Assembly: GCF_001194135.2 (NCBI RefSeq)
Contig: NC_068991.1
Location: 7,271,615 to 7,335,614 of the forward strand
Source: Octopus bimaculoides
Taxonomy: Eukaryota
Length of the DNA: 64,000 nucleotides
Direction of reading: 5' to 3'
The number at the start of each line of letters is the position of its first letter. Position 1 is the stretch's first letter. Made by a program: the position numbers and the translations under genes. The notes under the pieces were generated by a model that was given only the letters and a program-made list of their open reading frames with translations, did not search any database and was not told the DNA's origin. Shown piece by piece: positions 40,402 to 52,400 of this stretch.

Positions 40402-43400
40402 ATGGTGAAAGCTGCATATGATCCTGTGCGTAAACTGCCTCGCTATTTGCGAACAGAAGACCTTCCAGTACACACTTTTACACCCCAAACATATCAAGTA
40501 AGGCATTGATTTGTTTCATATTCAATTGTTTGTTAATATGAAGTCAAATGTTGGGGAGTTTGTGTGTGTGTGTGTTTCTTTTAATAGTTGTCTGAGAAGA
40601 AATGACATAGTATCTCGTTTGTGTATGAAAGTTCCTCACAAAGTATGTGAAAAGATGAATATTAATAGAGTATTGAATATTAATATTATATTAATATAAT
40701 ATGAGTGCCTGAATAACATCCTAAAGTTTCATCAGAGCCTCAAATATTGATAGATTGATAGATAGATAAATAAATAGATATAGATATTGCATGTCTTATA
40801 GTCTCATTTTCCTTTATTTAGCTGGAGTTGCTGGATGCTGCCTTACATCAAAACACAATAGTATGTGTGAATTCACCTCCTGGGAAAACATTTATTGCAG
40901 TCATGCTTATCAAAGAAATGGCTATACAAATAAGACCAATGGTACCTGATATTGCCAAACGCAAGTTTACAGTGTTTCTAGTATCGTCAGGTGAGTTTAA
41001 ACTATGTTATACAGCTATATCTCTTGATAACTGATTCTAGCAATGGAGACTCCTTCTCTCACTCTTTCTCTTTATTGGCTATATTCCCTGTCTTAACAGA
41101 CAGGGAATATCGCCAAAGATACAATAGACGGAATATTTGCTGCTGAGTCTTCCTCACCAGTCAATGAACCAAAATGTCATAGTAGTTTTGCACCATTGTC
41201 ATTGAGACCACTCAATCTTGGAGGTGCCAGTACTGTTATTAAGCTACTGGGAAACATACACTCACCCATATGTATATTTATATATCTATGTATTTGCCTA
41301 TTTGTATGTCTATTAAGTTTACTCTATGAAAAATACAGATATATTTATATTTGATTGTTGACGAAATTGAACCAAATTCGATGACTGGCACCCATGCCAG
41401 TGGAGCGCCAACAGCACCATCCGAGTGGGATCACTGCCAGAGCAGCTGTCTGGCTTCCGTGCCGGTGGCACATAAAAAGCACCATTTGAGCGTGATCATT
41501 ACCAGCGTAGCCTTACTGGCACGTGAACAAAACATTCGAGCGAGGTCATTGCCAGTGCCGCTGCACTGACTCCTGAGCAGGTGGCACATAAAAAACACCA
41601 TTTGAGCGTGGCTATCGCCAGTACTGCCAGACTGGCCCTCGTGATGATGACGATGATGACGACAGCATGTTGTTCTAAGCAAATCCTAATCTGATGTTCT
41701 GAAAACCATTTTGATGTCTTTTATTTCTTTCAGTCAATGTAGAGTCACAGGCCAAAGTAGTCTGTCATCATACAGACCTGTCAGTCGGTTATTACACTGA
41801 TGATACAGAAATTACAGTCGATCAGGCTGATAAATGGATTCCAGAACTGCTGACACATCAAGTGTTTGTTACAACAGCTTCAGTTTTTCTCAACATTCTA
41901 CAGTGTGAATTCTTATCACTTAATCAAATAAACCTCCTTCTTATTGATGAGTGTTCGGATATCTGTGTTAGTGAGTCACATAAAGAGGTGAGTGAAGTTA
42001 CTTTCATTTCATAGTTTGTAAAGCATGAAGACATGTATTTAAAATCATTTGTTAAAATGTCTTCGTTTAAAAATGTTCAAAAGTATTGCAAGTGCAAAGA
42101 AGTACCGAAGACATCCTTGTTTTTATCTTATTTTTCATTTTATTGTTTATTTGTTTCAGTCATTGAACTGTGACCACCCTGGGGTTTAGTTGAACAAATT
42201 GACGTTAGTCTCATTTTTTTTTAAAAGCCTGATACTTATTCTATCAGTCTCTTTTACTGAACCACTAAGTTACAGGAGCATATTCAAACAATACTGGTTG
42301 TCAAGCAGTGATGGGGGAACAAATACAAACACACACACACACATGATGGGCCTCTGCACAGTTTCTGCCTGCCAAATTTGGTTGACCTGGGGATATAGAA
42401 GAAAACACTTGCCCAAGGTGCCGCTCAGTGGAACTGAACTTAAAACCAACCGCATGGTTGCAAAGTAACTTTCTTAACCACACAGCCATATCTGCACTCT
42501 ATTTATTTATTTATGTAGTTTTTTTATTTTTATAAACAAATAACCCTGAAATTTCCTTAAATTCTATTACAAGTGGTAATTGAAATCTTAATAATTCTTC
42601 ATTGTTTGCCATTGATTTTACGTGTCTTTTACATCAAACCAGAAGTGAAAGCAGATTGAGAATTATATTGTGGTTGTTCCGTTCAATCAAATGATATTGT
42701 TACCTGATAAAAGAAAATACAGGTGGATCAGTTAATTATGATTGTATTCAACATATTCCCCTCTCAGATTCACACATTTATTGCAACAGTCCCTCAGTTT
42801 TTCTAAGCTCTGTAAAAGAACTCAGAAGGTTGTGCCTCCAACCAGGCCTTTCATGATACCCTCAAAGCTAGGAACTTTTCAGCATTCCCTCATATATCTT
42901 TGTTTTAAAAATTATTTGTACTCGATTGATTTATTCATTTATCAATTTATATTTTTTAGGTAATGAAAATCTATGAAAAATGTGAAAAAAATTTACAGCC
43001 TCGAATTGTTGTGTTGACTGCAGTTTTGCTGTCTAGTAAATGTCGAGACCCTAATGAACTAGAAAATACCATCAACAAATTAGAGTCCATATTTCACTCA
43101 GTTGCTGAGACATCAACTTTAGTTTTCTCTGAACGCCATGGCACCAGCCCCAAAGAAAATGTGCTGGAATGTAATAGTGACTTTGATGAAATCCAGCAAA
43201 TGCCAGAAGTTTCTATGATCCTGCAAGAATCTCTATTTTTTATCGATGAATGTATCCTTTCTGAGAAGGAGAAAGAAAATATTAAAGATCCTCTGCAAGT
43301 TCCTCGCACAGCTCTTGCTCAGTGTCTTAACATACTTGATGTCCTAGGACCGTGGTGTGCCAATCACATAGCAGAAATGTTTATTAAACAGTTAGAAAAA

Positions 43401-46400
43401 ATTATTGGACATGAACAGTCAGAAATTGGTAAGCTGCTATTACGTTACACAACAACTCAACTCAGGATTGTGACCAAAACATTTGAGAAGTTATTCAACA
43501 TTGATTATTGTATTGACGAGTTTTTACCGTTTCTTACTCCGAAAGTTATTAAATTGGTGAATATTCTGCGTGGTTATAAACCAGAATTTGAGTTTGTAAT
43601 TTTGAGAGATGAAAATGCTGATGGAATGGAACATTCCGATGATGACACAATGGATGATCTATCTGACTCCGACAGTGATGACTACGTTAATTCATCTCAC
43701 CACAAGAATGACTTACATATCACTTTGAAACACCCTGCTGCAGCTCGAGCAGAGTATTCCGACTCCGATCCTTTGGAACAGGAAGAAGAAAAGAGATTAT
43801 GTGGACTTATTTTTGTTGATTGCAAATACGTTGCATATGCTTTAAATAAGGTAATTGAAGAGATCTGTGCATGGGATGAAAATATGTGCTTTGTTAAGAA
43901 CGGACACATCACTGGTTATAAGTATGGAGCTAAGAGAGAATCCACGACTTTCCGGAAGCATGAAGAGGTTTTACGTAAATTCCGTATGCAAGAGATCAAC
44001 GTACTGGTAGCAACTTCTAACTTTGAAGAATGTATTGACATACCAAAGTGTAATTTGGTTGTTTGCTTTGATCCACCTAAAGACTACAAGTCATATAGTC
44101 AGTCAAAGGTAACATTTCACTTCTCATTAAATGCTAATTGTTATATTGTGGACTCTGCTGTTGTAGATGACATACGAGGGTTCTGCTATGCTTTGCTGGA
44201 CAAGCTGAACAGATGATACGTTTATAGTGATTGAATGTTTGTGCTGTACATTAGCTCAATTCTACCACAAAATCAACATAGCCTGAACAGGTGCTCAGTG
44301 TGTAACATGTGTCAGGTATTGAGGTGTTTGTAGGGCAATGTGCGATGAAGTGTTTTGCTCAAGAACACAATGCACTGTATGGTCTGGGAATTGAAACTAT
44401 GATCTTGTGATCATGAGTACAACACCCTAACCAGTTGTATTTATTGTTGTAAATAAATACTTTCTTTATTCTTCTTCGCTGCTCAGCATTAACCCTTCAA
44501 CATTTAAACTAACCATATCTGGCCGAAATATTCTGCCTGTTTTATGTTCAAACCAGAGAGATCCAGCCTATCACACCTACCCTAAAATGTCATTCTTAAA
44601 ATATTAAATCTAAATTATTTAGATTTTAAAATTTCCAGTAAATGTTTATAATACAGTTAATTTTGATAAATTAAATTAAATTGAATTTTTCCCTGTAGAT
44701 TTGGATTTTTATCCCTAATATTATTATTATTATTATTATTATAATTATATATATATATATATATATATCATCATCATCATCGTTTAACGTCTGCTTTCCA
44801 TGCTAGCATGGGTTGGACGATTTGACTGAGGACTTATACTTATACATGCACTTATACAAATTATATTCTACAGGCTCGTGCACGTGCTCGGAATGCAAGT
44901 TTCCTCATGCTAATTGATAGTGAAAAAGCACGACCATTTTTAACAGAACTCAATACATACAAAAGAATAGAACAGGTAAATAATTTAATTTAATTGTTTA
45001 TTTTTTTTTATATCTTGATGGAAATCTGTATTTGTTTGGTGGAAATCTATATTTGTTCAGTAGTATGATAAAAAATTGCAAGATAATTCTTTCTAAGCAC
45101 AGGTCTAAAATTTTGTTGAGATGAGGAATAGGTTGCTTGATTACATTGACCACAATGCTCAACTGTTAACTTTTTAATACATTGCTATATGAACATACAT
45201 TTTCTAGGAAACTGGTTTTCTTAGAAAGAATATACTTTATTCTAAAACATGTTGTCTGGTGTGGAGATGAAATAGAGTATTCAGTATTCACCCGTTAAAG
45301 TATATATTTTCTTATTTCAGGTTTTATTGCGAAAATACATAAATAAAGCTGAGCCTTCCAAGGAAGAACTAATACAAACCCTTGAACAATACAACATCCC
45401 ACAGTCGGTAGTTTTAAATACCAATAACAACACAAACAACAACAACAACAATTCTACTTCTCCCATTACACTGTTTTCAGCCATCTCTATTGTTAACAGG
45501 TCAGTTAAACAAACTCTCTCCAAATTCTCTATCAAGAAATTATTATTTTCTACTCTAGGCACAAGGACAGAAATTTTGGGGGAGAGGGGCTGGTCAATTA
45601 GAGATCAGTGTAAACAACTAGCCCCCTTCCACAAGATTTCAGGCCTTTTGCCTGTAGTGGAAAGGATTCTTGTAACTAACAGAGACACTGCCCTTCATGC
45701 TGTCTTCTGCTAGTATATGTTTTGTTTGTTTTTTGAAACTGCTGCAATCATTGTCATCATCATCGTCATCATTGTCGTTTAACGTCCACTTTCTGTGCTA
45801 GCATGGGTTTGATGCTTTGACTGACAAATGTTAAGCTGGGAGGCTGCACCAACCCACCAACCTGATTTGGCAAGATATCTACAGCTGGATGCCCTTCCTA
45901 GCACCAACCATTCCTAGAGTGTGGTAGGTGCTTTTTTACGTTCCACTGGCACGGGTGCCAGTCAAACGGCACTGGCATCAGCCACACTGAAATGGTGCTT
46001 TTTATGTGCCACCGACATGGGTGCCAGTCAAGCAGCACTGGCATCGACCACGCTCAAATAGTGTTGTTTTACGTGCCACTGGCACAGGTACCAGTCAGGC
46101 AGCAGTGGCTTATAGAATGAAATAAACCTTGGGGGCTTTGATTTCTCTATAACCCAGACAAGCCAATGCCAGTATATTGTTATATGAATGTATATTTTCC
46201 AGGAGACTGTTTCCTGTATGAGCAATGTCTAATTACCTAAGAATATTTAGTGGAGGAGGATTGAGATTGTCCAGTTTTAATCTTCCCCTCAAAGCAATAT
46301 AAAGATTTCACTTCAGCAAGGCATGATGGTGTTTAATATGAAGGACAGCCTGTTCTTGAAAGCCATCTAAATTATCATTCACCTGAGGCTGCTCCCCTTG

Positions 46401-49400
46401 GGGAAGGGAACTGGCTGGTGTCACATAAAAAGCACTCAAGCTGTTACCATGTAAAAGTGCTTGTGCAGTGCCACTGTAAAAGCACCCAGGCATGCACTTG
46501 AAAGTGGTTGGTGTTAGGAAGGGCATCCAGCCTTAGAAACCATGCCAAATCAGACTGGAACTTGATGCAGCTCCCCAGCTTGCCAATTCTAGTCAGACCA
46601 ACCCATGCCAACATGGAAACGGGCATCAAATGAGGATGATGATGATGATGATAATTTTGGACAGATGATATTCCGGCATCTAGTCACCACCATCTCTAGC
46701 TTCTTTCCAGTTATTCCCACCCACTCTTATACAATGTGGGGTGACCATGTATGTCTTCTATAACAAGACACCTGGGTTACCCCCTCCATCCACCACTACC
46801 ACTTAGTTGAGAGGTCTTATTCCTTTTCATGTTCTTTCTTTTCTGACAATCTCACTGGTGTTAGTAGCAAAAAATAAAAAGAACAATGAAAAAAACATCC
46901 AGTACATATTGGCATTAAAAAGGGCATCCAGCCATAGAATCCATCCCAAAGCTGACACTGGAGCTTCATGCAGCCCCACAGCCCTCTGGATCCTGTCAAA
47001 CCATTCAACCTATGATAGCGTGAAAAATTGATGTTAAATAAAGATGATGATGGTGACGATGATGATATACTATTATTGTAATTGAAAGTTTAGTATTTTC
47101 TGTGATAAATAAACAATAAACAAAGAAATTGTTCACCTTACAAATTATTTTCTGTATATTTTTTTCTTCAGATACTGTGCTAAGTTACCTAGTGATGCCT
47201 TTACTCACCTCACACCCAAATGCACTGTTGAAAAGGTCAATGTTGATAATGAAACCCATTATGTTGCTACTCTTAAACTACCAATCAATTCTCCAGTGAA
47301 GAAAGATGTTCAAGTATGTTACAAAACTGCTTAACTTTTCTCTGCTTCATAACTTTCCAAATTCATTTCAGTGTTTATTCATTCTCTACACAACGGGGTG
47401 CTGGAAAATTCTTGGCTTTGGGTTGAAAAAGTATACAGGAGGATCAGTTAATTATGAGAAATACAGTTGGTTTGAATTTGCTGCAGAAAGTCGTCTGTGT
47501 TTGTGGTAGTAGTTGGGGTGGCGGGGGTGGGGGTAGAATGCAGCTTGGGTGCCAAGTGAGTGGCCGCCCAAAATAGTTTGGGAACCACTGATCTAACCTA
47601 TGGAACAAATAGATATGAAAAAAAAAACAACTGGCTTCTCAAGATATTACATAGTGAAATTGGTTTTGATTATTAAATGACAGATAAAATGGGTAGAAAA
47701 GGCTAAAGAAAATTTAATATAAATTTGAGGAATATTGCTAAAATCAGAGCTGATTTGATATCAAATATATTATTTGATAAAATGTGATTAATTCGACCTT
47801 TATTAACTTATGAACTATTAAAAATGATTGTTGTAAAAATTCCATGAAATGTTGAACTGAAATTATATTTATTTTTACTTTAGGGAGATGTAATGCCAAG
47901 AGAAAAGTTAGCCAAAATGTCTGCTGCGCTCAAAATGTGCCAAGAACTCCAAATTCAAGGTAAGCAGAAAACTATTATTTGGAAAAATAATTTTTATACA
48001 GGCTTGGCTCTGTGGTTAAGAAGCTTGCTTCTCAACCATATGTCTCTGGTTCAGTCCCACTGCACAGTACTTTGGACAAATGTTCGGGGCTGACTAATAC
48101 CCTGTGAATGGATTTGGTTGACTGAAACTGGCAAAAGCCTGTCATATGTGTATGTGCATATATGTGTGTTTGTGTGTAGTCTTCTCTTGATGTCATGATT
48201 GTAAATGAGCATCACTGTCATACAAGTGAGTTTGTTCATTTCCAGTCATCCATGAAAAGCCTGTCTGGCCATGGTCAGATATTATTCTTTTCTACTCTAG
48301 GCACAAGGCCTGAAATTTTTGGGGTGAGGGGCCAGTCAATTAGAGGTCAGTGTAAACAACTAGCCCCTATATGCTCATTTTAACCAGCTGAGTGGACTAG
48401 ATCAATGTCAAATAAAGTGTCTTGTTCAAGGACACAACATGTCACTGGGAATTGAACTCACGACCTTATGATTATAAGCCAAATACCCTAACCACTAAAC
48501 CACTTACCTTCTCAGTAGCTAAATCCACTTTACATTAATATGTTTCTGATAAATTGACTATTTTTCTTTACAGGAGAACTAGATGATCACTTCCTTCCAG
48601 TGGGGAAAGAGATTTTGAAGCATGAAGAGAAAGAAGCCTTAAAGGATCCTCTGAAATATGGGGAAGAGGATGAGGTAGAGTGGGAAGAAGAGGAAGAGGA
48701 GGAACTCATTGGCTGTCCAAGACCAGGCACCACAAAACGAAAACAGTATTACTTTAAAAAGGTACTTCTGTGTTTTTACTAGTTTAGAGTAGTGCTTCTT
48801 TTGGGAGATGAATGAATTCCATATCACAAAAAAAAAAAGCAACATAATTTATAAAGAGATTTATAGACTAAACCATTTGACTTTTTAGATTCATTTATCA
48901 AACTTTGAAATCCTACCAAAAGTTTATTTTAGGAGTGGCTGTGTGGTAAGTAGCTTGCTTACAAACCNNNNNNNNNNNNNNNNNNNNNNNNNNNNNNNNN
49001 NNNNNNNNNNNNNNNNNNNNNNNNNNNNNNNNNNNNNNNNNNNNNNNNNNNNNNNNNNNNNNNNNNNNNNNNNNNNNNNNNNNNNNNNNNNNNNNNNNNN
49101 NNNNNNNNNNNNNNNNNNNNNNNNNNNNNNNNNNNNNNNNNNNNNNNNNNNNNNNNNNNNNNNNNNNNNNNNNNNNNNNNNNNNNNNNNNNNNNNNNNNN
49201 NNNNNNNNNNNNNNACCCGTAACTTAGCGGTTCGGCAAAAGAGATGATAGAATAAGTACTAGGCTTACAAAGAATAAGTCCTGGGGTCGATTTGCTCAAC
49301 TAAAGGTGGTGCTCCAGCATGGCCACAGTCAAATGACTGAAACAAGTAAAAGAGTAAAAAGTACAATTGTGTACAAGCATAGGCATGGCTGTGTGGTTGA

Positions 49401-52400
49401 AAAGCTTGCTTCCGAACCATGTGGTCTTAGGTTCAGTCCTATTGCACAGCACATCTGGTTGGGAAGCAAACTTCTTACCACACAGCCACACCTGCACCTG
49501 AACAAAGAAACATACATTAAGCTTTATCCCTTTATCTTTTAATCCGGCCATATTCTGCCCAAATATTCTACCTGTTTTATGTTCAAACTGGCCTGATCCT
49601 GCCTCTCACACCTACCTTATAAAAAGATACAATCATGTCATCAAAATTTCAAAGTTACAAGATAATAAATGATTCATTGGAAACAATGGGAATAAATAAA
49701 ATAAGAATTACATTCGAAAGAGTAATCTGAACGCTAAAGGATTAACCCTTTAACATTTAATCCAGTCGAAATATTCTACTTGTTTTATATGTTAAAACTG
49801 ATCAGATCCAGCTTCTCACACCTCCCCTACAATGTCATTCTAAAAATATGCAAACATACCATTGAAATCACTAAGCTACTTGATAATGTATGATTAATTC
49901 AAAGCAATCTGAATAAACAAGCAACAGATTTGACAAAGAAACCTGAATGCTGACAGGTTAAACACCTGTCTGCTTCATTCACTCACAAAAACAAGAATGA
50001 ATTGTCCTAATAGTATATAAAATAATATATACAGCCCCCTATGTCCTAGGTGTTTATCAATATAGATCTTTTGAGAAATGAAATTATTTCTCCAGCCCTA
50101 CTTATAATTGTTTATTTGTTGAATCATGCCTGTCTTGTTCAGACTTTTTTTCTTGTTGGATTCTCGTTTCCTATCTGACATATGTAATGTCTCTTTTCCT
50201 ATCTGACGTATTTAACATAAAGTTAACTCAATGGAGGATTTTTTTGTTTTTTGTTCTTTATAGGCTGCAGATGCTCTGATTAACAACCATGTTGATACTA
50301 ACCAGCTTTGTTGCTTATATAATATTCATATGGTACTGACTGGACCTATCACAGAAGAGCAAAATACACGTGGAAGGAAGATCTATGTTCCAGAAAACAC
50401 ACCAAGAGGGTTTGGAATCTTGTCCTTGAAAAACATTCCTCAGGTAAATAATAATAATAATAATAACAATGCTTTCTACTATAAGCACAAGGCCTGAAAT
50501 TTTGGTGGGGAGGAGCTAGTTGATTACATTGACTCTAGTACTTAACATCATCATCATCATCATTTAACATCTGCTTTCCATACCAGCATGGGTTGGACAG
50601 TTTGACCAGCCAGGAGGCTGCACCAGGCTCCAGTCTGATCTGGCAGAGTTTCTACAGCCAGATACCCGTCCTAACACCAACCACTCTGAGAGTGAAGTGG
50701 GTGCTTTTACATGCCACTGGCATGGAAGCTAGTCAGGCAGCACTGGCATTGGTCATGCTCGAATGGTGCTTTTTCTGTGCCACCAGTATGGGTGCCAGTC
50801 ATGTGGAACTGGCATCAGCCACACTCAAATGGTGCTTTTTATGTGTATTTTTCTTATGTTGCACACACTGAAAAATAAGAAACCATATAATTTTACTTAC
50901 TTAAATTACTTATATGTAAGTTTTATTCATTTTTGAGACATAAAATGTTCGATAACCTCATCATACAATGAACCACTTTATTATTAGTTTTGAAAACAAA
51001 TTAGGATCAAAGTTATAGGATGATATTGTAAGAAGAAAAAAATTATTGTAAAAAGAAATTAGTTTTAGTTTAGGAATTTTAAATTAATTTAAACATACAA
51101 CTTCTCACCATGGAAACGAACATGTGACCATGCAGTCAAAGCTGTTGCACACGCTTCACCATTCTCCTACAATACGCCCAGTACCATATTATGATACAAT
51201 GTGCTGTGATATTTCAGGACATCCGCCACCAAATTTCGGGCAGGGGTAGAACAAAAGTTTTCCATTATGATTTGTGTAAATTAATGAATAAGGTGTTCCG
51301 AGTTCAAATTCTGCCATGGTCGACTTTACCTTTCATCCTTTCGGTGTTGATAAAAAAAGTACCAGTAGAGCACGTAGGTTACCCCACCCCTAAATTGCTG
51401 GGTTATGCCAACATTTGAAATCAATCATAAATCTGTATGAATAATTTTGGGACAATTTCTCTCAACAGGTTCCATGTTTTCCAGTATATACTCGTTCTGG
51501 AGAGGTAACTGTATCTCTTGATATGGTTGAGTCAAACGTATCAATAAATGAAAGTCAGCTGAATAAGCTGACAATTTTTCATCGATTTGTGTTCAGCACA
51601 GTACTTCGACTGGAGAAGGATCCTATTGACTTTATGCCTGACGAAGCAAAAGTCGGTTATCTTATAGTACCTTTGATAGAAGGTTTGTATTTTTCTTTTG
51701 TAACTATCTTATTTCGTTTGAACTGGAAAATAAGAAGCAGTTGTATTTATGTGAGGTTTCACTTTTATTCTAAGGAGACTTACATGCATTACATTTCACA
51801 CTATGTCTCCTTTCTGTATGTGTATGAGTGTATATGTATATATGTATGTGTTCTAATTGTAAGTAGTGAGGTTATAAAATCTCTGATTGGATTTAGAATA
51901 AATTTAGAGCTGACTTTTAACAAGGTTTTAAATGAGAAATTAAATTACCATCTAAAATGTTTTATTTCAAAAGATATTAATTATTAAAATTTATCCAAAT
52001 TGCTGTTGAATAGTAATTGATTTCAGATTAAATGGTTGTGTTTGGATCATGTCTCAGTACTGTCTGTGCCAAGATCTTGCACATTTAGAATTTGAAACAA
52101 GATTAGCAAATGAAAATGCAAAACTATATAAACTTAAGACCAGTTCAAGTATACTTGCCACCAGTTCAAATATGTTTGAGTGATATTTGAACTTGTGAGG
52201 GCTTGTCACTGCAGTTTGTCTCCAGACAGACTGCAGTGACAAGCCTATACAAGTTCAAATGTCTTTCAGAGCTTGTATGCTTTCCTTCACTGCTTCAGAC
52301 ATCTACTTATGTAGTAATAAAAATGGTTAAATATAAATATACTGGAAATTTTCTTTGTGCAAGTGGGCTGAGCATTTATTCACCTAAAATTAGTGGATAT

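Noticed and set aside
48913-49299. ORFs across the second large gap
   Set aside because: N-filled and inside a SINE.
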